From: Thermoanaerobaculia bacterium | GTDB taxonomy: Bacteria > Acidobacteriota > Thermoanaerobaculia > UBA5066 | Length of the DNA: 64,000 nt | Direction of reading: 5' to 3' | NCBI GenBank assembly: GCA_038245905.1 | Contig: JBBRRY010000013.1 | Span: forward strand, 20,898-84,897 | In this document: piece after piece, positions 17,892-28,051 of the stretch | Layout: each line of letters begins with the position of its first letter | Numbering within the stretch: position 1 is the first letter of the stretch | Notes under the pieces: generated by a model | Told to the model about the DNA's origin: nothing | The model's input: only the letters and a program-made list of their open reading frames with translations | Database searches by the model: none | Made by a program: the position numbers and the translations under genes

Positions 17892-20800
17892 TTGGTGAGC
17901 GAGCCGACCGGCGACCCGCGCGTGCGCTTCGACCGCCGCGACCGCATTTTCATCGTCCTCTGCCTGCTCACGATCGTGGGCGGCGCCCTCGTCTTCCGGG
18001 CCGGGTTTTCGAGAGCCTTTCCGGAGGCGTCGATCGACTTCAAGGTCACGCGCGAGGAAGCCATTCGCCGTGGCGCCGAGGCGCTTCGCGCGCGCGGCTT
18101 CTCGCTCGACGGCGCCCGCGCTCTCGCGATCTTCGACGGCGACGACGAGGCGAAGGTCTATCTCGAGCGGACTCTCGGCCTCGAGAAGGCGAACCCGGTC
18201 TTCAGGGCGACGGTTCCCGTCTGGCGCTGGTCGGTGCGATGGGTCCGCCCGCTCGAGAAGCTCGAATACCGGGCGGCGGTCTCTCCGGACGGACGGCTCC
18301 TCGCCATCCGCAGGATCCTGCCGGAAAAGGAGGCCGCACCCGATCCGGGCGAGGCAACGGCGCGCTCCCTGGCGGAGGCGGAGATCCGGGAGCTGCGCGG
18401 GATCGACCCGTCGACGCTTCGATTCATCGAGACGACGGTCGAGAAGCGCCCCGCGCGCGTCGACCGCACATTCATCTGGGAGTCGAACACGATCCGATTC
18501 GGGGATGCCGCTCTTCGCTACCTCGTCGAGATGCAGGGGGACCGCGTCGGGCGCTCGTCGCTCCACTTCGAGGTCCCGGAGAAATGGCGTCGCGACTACG
18601 AGACGCTCCGCTCGAAGAACCTCGCGGCGGGCACGGTCGCCACGCTGGGCCTTCTCCTCACGGCGCTCGCCGTCCTCGTCGTCTTCCTCCAGCGCGTCCG
18701 CCGCAAGGACGTGAAGTGGAAGTGGGCGCTCGCGTTCGGGGGGACGGGAGCGCTTCTGCAGCTCCTCGCGTCGCTCAACGAGATGCCGATCCGTCTGTTC
18801 GACTACGAGACCTCGGACGGCTGGGCGGGGTTCGTCGCGAAGTCGGTGGCGGGCGACGTGGGCGCCGCCGTGAGCCTCGGCGTGGTGCTGCTCCTTCTCG
18901 TCGCGGCGGGCGAGCCGCTCTACCGGGAGCGCTATCCGGACAAGCCGGCGCTCGGCCGCATCCTGTCTCTCCGCGGAATCGCTTCGAAGCGCTTCTTCCG
19001 AGGGCTCCTCCTCGGATACGCGATGACGGCATTCTTCTTCGCGTACCAGATCATCTTCTACATCGTGGCCGCGCACTTCGACGCGTGGGCTCCCGCCGAC
19101 GTGCCGTACTCGAACCTGCTCGGCACCTCGTTCCCGTGGCTCGGCGTCCTCCTGATGGGGTTCGTGCCCGCGACGACCGAGGAGTTCTCGTCGCGGATGT
19201 TCTCGATCTCCTTCGCGGAGCGGTTCGTGCCGCGATGGGCCGCGGTCGTGGTGCCGGCGCTCATCTGGGGCTTCGCGCACAGCACGTATCCGAACCAGCC
19301 TTTCTACATCCGAGGCGTCGAGGTGGGGTTCGCGGGAATCCTCATCGGCTTCGTGATGCTGAAGGCGGACATCTTCCCGCTCCTCGTGTGGCACTTCACG
19401 GTCGACGCCGTCTACACGGCGCTCCTTCTCCTGCGCTCGTCGGATCCGTACTTCGTCGTGTCCGGCGCCGCTGCGTCTCTCGTGCTCCTGCTTCCGCTCG
19501 CCGTGTCGCTCGCACTCTATTTCCGCCGCGGCGGATTTACGCCCGACGGGGAATTCACGAACGCGACGGTCGGTACCGCACTGGCGCCTCCGCACGTCGA
19601 GGAGGCCGTCCCTTCGGGTTGCGCGCCGCCGAGCGCGCTGAGCCCCGTGCGCGTGTGTTCCGCTCTCGCGCTCGCACTCCTTGCGTTCCTCGCGGCGCGA
19701 TTCGTTCTGCCGCGGACAGGGCCATGGGAAGACGTGAGGGTCGCGGTCGACCGGAATGGAGCGAAGGCCGCCGCGGACGCCTGGCTGAGGACGGCGGGCG
19801 ACGACCCCGCGGGCTACCTGTCGGTGGCGACGACGGCCACTGCGCTCCCGGCCCTCGAGGACCCCTCCGACACGGGCGCGGGCCTCGTCCCGTATGGCGA
19901 ATCCGATCTCGCGGAGCGTTGGCTGCTCGAACGGGGCGGCATGCCGCTCTTCACGAAGTGGGCGACGGCAATCTTTCCGGGGCCGGTCTGGAACGTCCGC
20001 TACGTGCGCGCGCTCGATGAGCACGGCGCGAACGTCGCGGTGGACGGGCGGACGGGCCGCGTCGTCGGCTTCCGCCGCTCCTTCCCGGAGGCCGAGGCCG
20101 GCGCGAGCCCCGACGAGCCGGCGGCTCGCGCGAAGGCGTCGACGGTCCTTTCCTCGTTCGGCTTCGGCCCGCTCACCTGGGATGTCGTGTCGTCGAAGAG
20201 CGAGGCGCGCAAGGCTCGAAAAGACACGCTCGTCGTCTCCGAGTCGCGTCTCGAGCACGCCGGCGAAGCGGTGAGACGCGCCGTCACCGGGTTCGCGGGC
20301 GACGTTCCGTCGCTCTTCGCCACGGCCCTGAAGCTGCCGGAGGACTGGGTGCGCTCCCGGGACAAGTCGACGGGCGCGACGTATGCCGCCATCGCGTGGA
20401 AGATCCTCGCGTGGGGAACCCTCGTGGGGCTTCTCGTCGTCGAGCTCATTCGTCTCGCGCGCGCCGGGTCGATTCCGTGGCGGAACTCTCTCAGGCTCGC
20501 GGCGCTTCTCGCGCTGCCGGCGATTCTCTCCCGCTTCCTCTCGCTCCCTCTCATCCTCGCGCGCTACGACTCGCAGTTCTCGATGCCGGTCTTCGCGGTC
20601 GTCGCGGGAGTCGGTCTGCTCGTGGGCGTGCTCGTCTCCTACGGCATCGCCCTCCTCGCGGTGGCCCTCGTCCTCGCCGTAAAGTCCGACGCGGCCGGCG
20701 CGTTCCGGCGCGGGGGCGCGGACGGCCCCTGGGCCCTCGCCGCGGGCGCGGGCGCGACCGTTCTCGTCCTCGGCGTGCGCGCACTCGCGCATGGTGTCTC

Positions 20801-21305
20801 GGCGGCGTTCCCTCTCGAGGCAGGCGTCCCGGGCTTCTCGTTTCCGCAGGGAGTCGAGACGATCCTGCCCGCTGCCATCGTGCTCGACGGCATCGTCCTT
20901 CGCGTCCTTCTCTTCGGGGGCGCCGCCGCCTTCCTCGCGCTTCTCCTCCGCGACGTCTTGAAGAAGCCGGCCCTTCGCGTGGGTCTTCTTGCGCTCGCCG
21001 TCGGCGTCTTCGCGCCGTTCGGCGCTCGGACGGCCGGCGAGCTCGCGGTGCCTGTCTTCGCGGGCGCGCTGACCGCGCTCGCCGCGGTCGCGGCGATCAC
21101 CGTGTTCCTGCGCGACGACCCGCGCGCATACGTTTTCGCGGCGGCGCTCCTCGCGGCGGCCGGAGCAGGCGCCGACCTCGTGTCGAGTGGCGTGACGCCG
21201 TGGGTGTGGAACGGCGTCATCGTGCTCGCGGTCGTGGCAGTCTTCGTCGCCCGCTTCGGTTTCGACCGGCCCCGGCCGGAAGCGCCCGCCCTGCCGGTGA
21301 CCTAG
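17892..21305 (+). CDS. Large multi-pass membrane protein containing a CPBP (Abi/CAAX) intramembrane protease domain
   Basis: TTEEFSSR, WGFAH and WHFTVD CPBP motifs; two similar extracytoplasmic-plus-TM modules. Confidence 0.78.
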   Translation: MVSEPTGDPRVRFDRRDRIFIVLCLLTIVGGALVFRAGFSRAFPEASIDFKVTREEAIRRGAEALRARGFSLDGARALAIFDGDDEAKVYLERTLGLEKANPVFRATVPVWRWSVRWVRPLEKLEYRAAVSPDGRLLAIRRILPEKEAAPDPGEATARSLAEAEIRELRGIDPSTLRFIETTVEKRPARVDRTFIWESNTIRFGDAALRYLVEMQGDRVGRSSLHFEVPEKWRRDYETLRSKNLAAGTVATLGLLLTALAVLVVFLQRVRRKDVKWKWALAFGGTGALLQLLASLNEMPIRLFDYETSDGWAGFVAKSVAGDVGAAVSLGVVLLLLVAAGEPLYRERYPDKPALGRILSLRGIASKRFFRGLLLGYAMTAFFFAYQIIFYIVAAHFDAWAPADVPYSNLLGTSFPWLGVLLMGFVPATTEEFSSRMFSISFAERFVPRWAAVVVPALIWGFAHSTYPNQPFYIRGVEVGFAGILIGFVMLKADIFPLLVWHFTVDAVYTALLLLRSSDPYFVVSGAAASLVLLLPLAVSLALYFRRGGFTPDGEFTNATVGTALAPPHVEEAVPSGCAPPSALSPVRVCSALALALLAFLAARFVLPRTGPWEDVRVAVDRNGAKAAADAWLRTAGDDPAGYLSVATTATALPALEDPSDTGAGLVPYGESDLAERWLLERGGMPLFTKWATAIFPGPVWNVRYVRALDEHGANVAVDGRTGRVVGFRRSFPEAEAGASPDEPAARAKASTVLSSFGFGPLTWDVVSSKSEARKARKDTLVVSESRLEHAGEAVRRAVTGFAGDVPSLFATALKLPEDWVRSRDKSTGATYAAIAWKILAWGTLVGLLVVELIRLARAGSIPWRNSLRLAALLALPAILSRFLSLPLILARYDSQFSMPVFAVVAGVGLLVGVLVSYGIALLAVALVLAVKSDAAGAFRRGGADGPWALAAGAGATVLVLGVRALAHGVSAAFPLEAGVPGFSFPQGVETILPAAIVLDGIVLRVLLFGGAAAFLALLLRDVLKKPALRVGLLALAVGVFAPFGARTAGELAVPVFAGALTALAAVAAITVFLRDDPRAYVFAAALLAAAGAGADLVSSGVTPWVWNGVIVLAVVAVFVARFGFDRPRPEAPALPVT

Positions 21306-22168
21306 CCCCGCACTCCGGCCTTCCGCCACTCCCACTCGGCGAGGCGTTCGCGTGCGCCGAGGCCGATCGCGCGGTGCAGGTCGACGAGGAGGCGCGACGC
21401 TTCGGGGTCCTTGAAGGGCGGCGGCCCGAGGCGTGTGAGCACGGCCTCCGGATGATCCGGGGGCGCATAGGACCCGCGGAGCGCGGCGACCGGCTCGCCC
21501 GGACGGTAGAAGAGCTCGGGTCTCTCGAGGACGTGCCGGGGGAGCGACTCCGGCGGGTCAGTCGTGTCGCGGGGCGCGGCCGGGTCGGGTGCGTCGGGCA
21601 CGGACCTGCGTTCGGGACGGGTGCGCGCGCGCTGCAGGCCCGCGAGGAGCTCTTCTCGGGGAACGCCACGGAGCAGGAACACGAGGAACGGGTCGTCCTG
21701 GAGGCGGTCGCCGAGCAGGACGGCGAGGGCGCCGGCATGCGCACACGGCCCTGGAACCTCCGCGCACGAGCACCGGAAGACGACATCGTCAGCGTCGACC
21801 GGAAGGAGCGTGCGCCCGGTGCCCTGGAAGGCGCCCTCCACGTCTTCGGGCAGGCGGCCCGCGAGGAGATCGGCGGCGAATCGCGCCCGCGCGGCCATCG
21901 CCTTCAGGACACGGCGCTTGGCGATGGTCGCGAGCGAGTGCAGGGAAAGCGACGTCTCTTCGACGTGGCCGTCCGTTGCCTTGACGTCCGCGCGCGCGCC
22001 GGCGCGCCCGATCTCGAGCGACGTGACGGCGCCCGAGAGGGCGATCGCGCGCCCGTCCTGGAGCGCCTCCTCCCAGCCGAGCGCGGCGAGGCGCGCGAGG
22101 AAGCGGAAGGCCCACCCGCTCTCGGGCGGCTTCGCGCGGGGGAGAAGTGTCTTTCGGCGGCGCGGCAT
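21302..22168 (-). CDS. SWIM zinc-finger protein
   Basis: FRCSC......CAH motif followed by DPF.VFLLRG; start overlaps the SNF2 stop (TGATG). Confidence 0.85.
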   Translation of the reverse strand: MPRRRKTLLPRAKPPESGWAFRFLARLAALGWEEALQDGRAIALSGAVTSLEIGRAGARADVKATDGHVEETSLSLHSLATIAKRRVLKAMAARARFAADLLAGRLPEDVEGAFQGTGRTLLPVDADDVVFRCSCAEVPGPCAHAGALAVLLGDRLQDDPFLVFLLRGVPREELLAGLQRARTRPERRSVPDAPDPAAPRDTTDPPESLPRHVLERPELFYRPGEPVAALRGSYAPPDHPEAVLTRLGPPPFKDPEASRLLVDLHRAIGLGARERLAEWEWRKAGVRG

Positions 22169-25100
22169 CAATGGCCTCCGTCCGTTTCGACGGCGTTCGT
22201 GTCGAGCGCGACGAGCTCCGTGAGCTGCTCGTCCGACAGGGTCGCGATCCACTGCTCCCCGGCACCCACGATCGAGCGCGCGAGCGCCTTCTTCTCCTCG
22301 ATCATCCGGTCGATGCGCTCCTCGAGCGTGCCGCGGCAGACGAACTTGTGGACCTGGACGTGCTGCGTCTGGCCGATCCGGAACGCGCGGTCGGTCGCCT
22401 GCTCCTCGACCGCGGGATTCCACCAGCGGTCCACGTGGAACACGTGCGAGGCGCGCGTCAGGTTGAGGCCCGTGCCTCCCGCGCGCAGCGATAGAACGAA
22501 GAATGGGGGCGGATCCTCGTCCTCCTGGAAGCGCCGAACCATTTCCGTCCGCGTGTGGCGGGGGACCGCGCCGTGGAGAAACAGAACCTCGCAGCCGAAG
22601 CGCTCTTTCAATTCGGCGACGAGGAGGTGGCCCATCTCGGCGAACTGCGTGAAGAGCAGGGCCGGGCTCCTCTCGGCGAGCGTCTCCTCGCACATCTCGA
22701 CGAGGCGGGCGACCTTCGCCGAGCGGCCGTCGCGCCGCCCGTCCCCCAGGAACAGCGCGGGGTGGTCGCAGATCTGCTTGAGCCTGAGCAGGAGGAGGAG
22801 AATCTTCGCCTTCCGGCTCCGCCGATTCGCCCGCCCGATCCCCGAGAGCAGGGAGCGCGTCGTCGCCTTGTAGAGTGCCGCCTGTTCGCGCGTCAGGCCG
22901 ACGAGCTCCTTCGTCTCGATCTTCTCGGGAAGGTCGGGAACGACGCCGGGATCGGTCTTGGCGCGGCGGAGCAGGAACGGGCCCGTGACGTGGCGCAGGC
23001 GGGCGGCCGCGGACGGGTCGCTGTGCCGCTCGATCGGAAGCGAAAAATTGCGCCGGAAGGCTTCGTCCGTGCCGAGGAGCCCGGGGTTCAGGAAATCGAA
23101 GATGGACTTCAGCTCGGAGAGGCGGTTCTCGACGGGCGTGCCCGTGAGGGCGGCGCGGCGGTGGGCATGCAGAGAGCGCGCGGCACGCGACTGCGCGGCC
23201 GCCGGGTTCTTGATGTTCTGCGCCTCGTCGAGCGCGAGGTATTCCCAGGTGACGCCCGACAGAAGCGCGCGGTCGCGGTGCACGAGGGCATACGTCGTGA
23301 CGAGGAGGTCCACCTCTTCGAGGAGTTCCTGGAACGCCGCCCCGCTCGCGCGGCCGGCTCCGTGGTGTACGACGACACGGAGCTGCGGCGCGAAGCGTTC
23401 GGCTTCACGGACCCAGTTCTCGGCGACGGACGTGGGGCAGACGAGGAGGGACGGCCCGATGCGCTCCCCCGCATCGCGTGCCGTGAGCAGCGTGGCGAGG
23501 AACTGGATCGTCTTGCCGAGTCCCATGTCGTCCGCGAGACACGCGCCGAGGCCCCGCGAGAGCAGGAAGCGCAACCACCCCACACCTCGCATCTGATATG
23601 GGCGTAGCGTGCCCGTCAGGCCGTGCGGCGCCGCGTATCCGGCGATCTCGCGCCGCGCGACTTCCGGGTCGAGCAGGCGGCCGACCCATCCCTCGCCCCC
23701 CACGCCGTCGATGAGCACGTCGTCGCGCTCGCTGTCGAGCCCGCCCGCGAGCCGAAGCAGCTCGCCGAGCGTCGTGCGGCCTCCGGGGCGGCGGTCCAGG
23801 AGGCGCCGCGCCCTCTCGAGGTTCTCCTTGTCGAGAAGGACCCACTCTCCCTGGATTTCGACGAGCGGAATCTGGCGCGCGGCCAGGTCCTCGAATTCGT
23901 GAGGAGTCAGGAGCGCGTCGCCCACGGCCACGCGCCAGTCGAAGTCGACGAGCGCGTCGAGGCCGAAGCGCACGACGGGCGCGTCCGCTTCGCCCGGTCC
24001 GGGCGCGCGCCCCACGAGCTTGAGGGCGACGCGTGCGAGGCTTCCGCCACCGGGCAGGCGGACGGCGATGCCGGCCTCTCCAAGGCGCGGCGCCTCGTCG
24101 GAGAGAAAGCGCCAGGCCTCGTCGGGGGACAGGATGACGCCCGAGGGATGCCGCTCTTCGAGGCTCCGGGCGACCGGCCTGGAAAGCGCCGCGGCGGTCC
24201 CGAGGCGCGCGAGGAGCACGTCCTGCGGATTCGTGAACAGGCGCCCGCGGCGCCGGATCGAACCCTCGGTCAGGGCCCAGATCTCCTCGGCTTCGAGCGA
24301 GACTTCCGGGCTCTCTCCGGATTCGAGGACGTACGCGAGTGCGAACGGGCCGCCGGCCTCGGCCGGAGGCACGACGCGGATCCCGAGCCTGAGCAGACTC
24401 TCGGGCAGCGGATCGAGGAGCGGAAGACTCCACTCCTTGAGACGCGCGAGGACGCCGGGCTCGAGCACCGAGGTGGCGGGGGCCGCGAGCGCGGCGACGA
24501 CCTCGGCCTCGGGACCGTCGCCCGCGCGGCGGCGCTCTTCTGGAAGGACATCCCTGAGGACGTCGCGCGCCGCCGCATCCACGGCGTCGTCGAGGAAGCT
24601 CAACAGCAGTCCGCGTGCGGCGGGGAGCGCGCCGTCGGGCCCGGGGCGCGTGCCCGAAGGCAGGACCGCGCGCGATACGGGCGGCATCGCTTCGGCGAGG
24701 CGGCGCAGCCGCTCCCTCTCGTGGGCGTCGTCGAGAACCGGGCGCCAGCGCGGGTGGGCGCCGTCCGTGCCGGGCGCGACACGCCGACGGAGCAGGAGGT
24801 CGAACACCCAGCGCGCGACTTCCGCCCAGTAGTCGAGGTCGTCGCCGGCAGACACGGAGAGGGGCCGCGCGCGGAGGGCGGCAGGGAGCGCGAGAAGCGT
24901 TTCGAGCGCGTGCGCCATCGGGAGGACGAGGGCGGGGACCTCGTACGCCCGGAGGACGGCCGTGAAGGGCGCCGTATAGTCCGCCGGCTCCCGGAGGGCC
25001 GGTGCGGACGGAACGGGACGCCCGTGCACAGCGGGGGTGGCGAGCGTGAGCGACGTGCGCTCGGCGTGCACGGAGACGAAGGACGTGAGGCCTTCGGTCG

Positions 25101-25239
25101 CCAGCGCCTCGAGGATCTCGCTTTGCTCGAGGGCGCGGGGGTGCCGGTCGCGCCCTTCGCGCGGGGTGAAGAGTCCCTCGCCCCAAAGGGCGAAACCGGA
25201 TGGACGAGGGACGCCATGCAGGATGATCAAGCCGTCCAT
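22168..25239 (-). CDS. SNF2-family helicase/ATPase
   Basis: LRPYQ.RG, LADDMGLGKT, DEAQNIKN, TGTPVEN, FTQF, SLRAGGTGLNL and QATDRAFRIGQ. Confidence 0.95.
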   Translation of the reverse strand: MDGLIILHGVPRPSGFALWGEGLFTPREGRDRHPRALEQSEILEALATEGLTSFVSVHAERTSLTLATPAVHGRPVPSAPALREPADYTAPFTAVLRAYEVPALVLPMAHALETLLALPAALRARPLSVSAGDDLDYWAEVARWVFDLLLRRRVAPGTDGAHPRWRPVLDDAHERERLRRLAEAMPPVSRAVLPSGTRPGPDGALPAARGLLLSFLDDAVDAAARDVLRDVLPEERRRAGDGPEAEVVAALAAPATSVLEPGVLARLKEWSLPLLDPLPESLLRLGIRVVPPAEAGGPFALAYVLESGESPEVSLEAEEIWALTEGSIRRRGRLFTNPQDVLLARLGTAAALSRPVARSLEERHPSGVILSPDEAWRFLSDEAPRLGEAGIAVRLPGGGSLARVALKLVGRAPGPGEADAPVVRFGLDALVDFDWRVAVGDALLTPHEFEDLAARQIPLVEIQGEWVLLDKENLERARRLLDRRPGGRTTLGELLRLAGGLDSERDDVLIDGVGGEGWVGRLLDPEVARREIAGYAAPHGLTGTLRPYQMRGVGWLRFLLSRGLGACLADDMGLGKTIQFLATLLTARDAGERIGPSLLVCPTSVAENWVREAERFAPQLRVVVHHGAGRASGAAFQELLEEVDLLVTTYALVHRDRALLSGVTWEYLALDEAQNIKNPAAAQSRAARSLHAHRRAALTGTPVENRLSELKSIFDFLNPGLLGTDEAFRRNFSLPIERHSDPSAAARLRHVTGPFLLRRAKTDPGVVPDLPEKIETKELVGLTREQAALYKATTRSLLSGIGRANRRSRKAKILLLLLRLKQICDHPALFLGDGRRDGRSAKVARLVEMCEETLAERSPALLFTQFAEMGHLLVAELKERFGCEVLFLHGAVPRHTRTEMVRRFQEDEDPPPFFVLSLRAGGTGLNLTRASHVFHVDRWWNPAVEEQATDRAFRIGQTQHVQVHKFVCRGTLEERIDRMIEEKKALARSIVGAGEQWIATLSDEQLTELVALDTNAVETDGGH

Positions 25240-25261
25240 TGTCGGTTATCCTCGGCCTCCG

Positions 25262-25783
25262 ATGAAAGCCCCCAAGTCGCACGAGCTTTTTCGCCGGATG
25301 TCGAGCGCGGAAGTGGCCGCGATCGTCGAGGCCGCGTGCGAGGACGACGAGCTTCCCGAGAAGATCGCGGGCGGCGTCCTCACGTATCAGCAGATTCCCC
25401 TCCGTCGCTTCACGAAGCTGCCCGAGGAAACGCGCTTTTCCTACGTGAGACGAACGCTGCGCGACAAACGGGCGACGGATCTTGGCCTGTATGTCCTCTC
25501 GGCCGCCCTCACCCGGCGTCAGGCGGCTTTGATCTCGTCGTTCCTCGAGGCCCTGAAGCTGCCCCACGACGGCCCCAGCCTCACGGTGGAAGGAGCGATC
25601 CCGGCGCCGGCACAAAAGGTCCTCGCCCGCGCGGTCGACGCCCTCCTGCGCGTGCATGACGCCCGCGACGTGTCGCTCTACCTCCACGCCTTCACGTCCC
25701 AGCCCGACGTCGACTGGCCCGTCCTTGTGAAGCTGCTCGACGCGGACGAGCGTCTCGCCTTCGAAGACCGTTCGGCGAGCTAG
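25262..25783 (+). CDS. Hypothetical protein
   Basis: Coding-like codon usage and natural-looking helical sequence; divergent from the SNF2 gene. Confidence 0.7.
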   Translation: MKAPKSHELFRRMSSAEVAAIVEAACEDDELPEKIAGGVLTYQQIPLRRFTKLPEETRFSYVRRTLRDKRATDLGLYVLSAALTRRQAALISSFLEALKLPHDGPSLTVEGAIPAPAQKVLARAVDALLRVHDARDVSLYLHAFTSQPDVDWPVLVKLLDADERLAFEDRSAS

Positions 25784-25800
25784 ACGCTCGTGCAGGGGAC

Positions 25801-27327
25801 GTGAGCACGCTCTCCGCGTCCTGGGTGCGCCGGCCCGCGTTCCTCGCCGGCCTTCTCGCGCTCTTCGCCGCGGCGGGAAGCGCCTCCCTCGGGCAGCACG
25901 TGTTCGGGGGCGTCCCACACGCCGCCGACGGGATTTCATACGCGTTCCAGGGAAGGATATTCGCGGCAGGCCTCCCCTGGCTCGAGCCGCCGCCCGTTCC
26001 CGACGCGTTCAAGTCCCAGAACATTCTCCTCGACACGACGCGGTGGTGCGGGATCTATCCTCCCGGATTCCCGCTGCTCCTCGCGGCCGGATGGCTCGCT
26101 GGCGCTCCCTTCCTCGTGAATCCGGTCCTCCTCGGACTCGCGGTCTTCGGGGTCTTTCGTCTGGGAAAGGCCCTCTTCGACGAGCCGACCGGCCTCCTCG
26201 GGTCGCTTCTGCTTGCGGTGTCACCGTTCGCGCTCCTCATGGGAGCGGGATTCATGGGACATGTCGCGGGGCTATGTGTCTTCACGTGGTGCCTCGCGTT
26301 CCTCGTCGAGAGCGGCGCGAGCGGGGCCATGCGCCCGCTCGTGCTCGCGGGCTTTCTCGGGTCCTTCGGGATCGTCGTCCGCCCGCAGGCGGCGGTGTTC
26401 TTCCTGCTGCCCGCGCTGCTCGGTGTCCTCGTCCGGCGGCGGAAAGACGTCGCGCGGGCCGCCGGATGGCTCGCGCTCGGCGGTGCGGCACCTCTCGCGT
26501 TTCTTTTTGCGTACAACTTCAAGCTCTCGGGTCATCCGCTGCGCATGGCGTACCTCGTCTGGGACCCGAATCTCTCGTTCACGTACGGCCTCTCGCCGAC
26601 ACAGCTGTTTGCGTCCCACTTTCCATGGTTCCTCTACGACCTCAATGCGACGGTCTGGGGCTACCCGTGGGGAGACCTCCCGCTCCTCGCCCTGCTTCTG
26701 ATTCCAGCGCCGCGGCGCCGGAGGGACGCGTGGCTCTTCTCATGCGTCCTTGGCCTTCTCGTCGGGTTCAGCTTCTACCGCTTCTACGAGATCAACCATT
26801 CCGGCCCGCGGTACGCGTTCGAGGCGCTCGGCGTGCTTGCGCTCCTCGTCGCGCGGGCGATTCGTGCCGGCGGAGATATCGGGGCGTCCCTTCTCGGGCG
26901 TCTCCGGCGCGAAGGGTTGGCCGCGGGCGCGGCCGCTCTCGTCGTGGCGTTCCTCGCGATCTTCCCTCTTGTGACACTTCTGCCCGTGCAGGCCGAAGCT
27001 CTTTCGCACGCCTATCACGCGCACACGCCCGAGCCGCTCCGGCGTCTCGCGGCGGCTGGCGTCGGGCCGTCGGCTCTCGTGCTCGTAGCCGGGAACACAG
27101 TCGAGTGGACGTACGGATCGTTTCTGCTCGCGAACGGGCTCGATCCGCGGCATGCGCCCCGCGTCTTCGTGCGGGATCTTCCGGAGAAGCGCGCCGAGCT
27201 CCTCGCGGCCTATCCCCGGAGCGAGATGTGGCGCGTGAACGTCACGCTCGAGCCGCAGCCGCATCCGAACGCATGGATCGACAACACGTGGGACGTCGTC
27301 GACGTCGTCTGGTCCCGGCTCCGTTAG
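25801..27327 (+). CDS. GT-C membrane glycosyltransferase (ArnT/PMT-like)
   Basis: Many TM helices; D..SY..Q and YPPGFP early loop motifs; GPRY..E late motif. Confidence 0.7.
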   Translation: MSTLSASWVRRPAFLAGLLALFAAAGSASLGQHVFGGVPHAADGISYAFQGRIFAAGLPWLEPPPVPDAFKSQNILLDTTRWCGIYPPGFPLLLAAGWLAGAPFLVNPVLLGLAVFGVFRLGKALFDEPTGLLGSLLLAVSPFALLMGAGFMGHVAGLCVFTWCLAFLVESGASGAMRPLVLAGFLGSFGIVVRPQAAVFFLLPALLGVLVRRRKDVARAAGWLALGGAAPLAFLFAYNFKLSGHPLRMAYLVWDPNLSFTYGLSPTQLFASHFPWFLYDLNATVWGYPWGDLPLLALLLIPAPRRRRDAWLFSCVLGLLVGFSFYRFYEINHSGPRYAFEALGVLALLVARAIRAGGDIGASLLGRLRREGLAAGAAALVVAFLAIFPLVTLLPVQAEALSHAYHAHTPEPLRRLAAAGVGPSALVLVAGNTVEWTYGSFLLANGLDPRHAPRVFVRDLPEKRAELLAAYPRSEMWRVNVTLEPQPHPNAWIDNTWDVVDVVWSRLR

Positions 27328-27998
27328 ACGGCGGCTGCCACCGCGAGGACGATCTCGCCCTTCACGCTCGGGCGCTTCGCGAGGAGAGCCGCGACCTCCA
27401 TCGCGCGCCCGCGCAGAACTTCTTCGTGCATTTTCGTCAGCTCGCGCCCGAGGACGACGGGCGGGTCTCCCCACGCCCGGGCGAGCGCCTCTAGGGATTC
27501 CACGATGCGGAAGGGAGACTCGAAGAGCACGGCCGTCCCGAGGTGCACGGCATGCGACGCGTACCAGCGGTCCCGCTCACCGCGGCGCGGCGGGGGAAAG
27601 CCGAGGAACGTGAACGGGACCGCGGGGAACCCCGAGATCGAGAGGATCGCGAGCACGGCGGACGGGCCCGGAATCGCCTCCACCTGGTGTCCCGCCGCCG
27701 CCGCGGCAGCGACGAGCCGCTCCCCCGGATCCGAGACGAGGGGCGTGCCGGCGTCCGACACGAGCGCGAGCGTTTCCCCGCGGGCCAGCCTCTCGAGCGC
27801 CTCGCCGACGCGGTGGTGCTCGTTGTGGCCGTGGCAGGAAATGCGAGGCGTCGTGAGGCCGAACCGCGCGAAGAGGTTTCCCGTGCGACGTGTGTCCTCG
27901 CAGTAGACGACGGCCGCCGATGCGAGGGCTTCCCGTGCCCGCGGCGACAGGTCGTCGAGATTCCCGATCGGTGTCGCGACGACGAGGAGGCGGCCCAT
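27324..27998 (-). CDS. rsmI: 16S rRNA (cytidine1402-2'-O)-methyltransferase
   Basis: VATPIGNL.D, CEDTR, VSDAGTP.VSDPG, FESP.R and RELTK.HEE. Confidence 0.95.
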   Translation of the reverse strand: MGRLLVVATPIGNLDDLSPRAREALASAAVVYCEDTRRTGNLFARFGLTTPRISCHGHNEHHRVGEALERLARGETLALVSDAGTPLVSDPGERLVAAAAAAGHQVEAIPGPSAVLAILSISGFPAVPFTFLGFPPPRRGERDRWYASHAVHLGTAVLFESPFRIVESLEALARAWGDPPVVLGRELTKMHEEVLRGRAMEVAALLAKRPSVKGEIVLAVAAAV

Positions 27999-28051
27999 CA
28001 AGCCCATTCTCTCGCGATCGCGCAGCGGGGGACGCCTGCTACGATCCGGAT

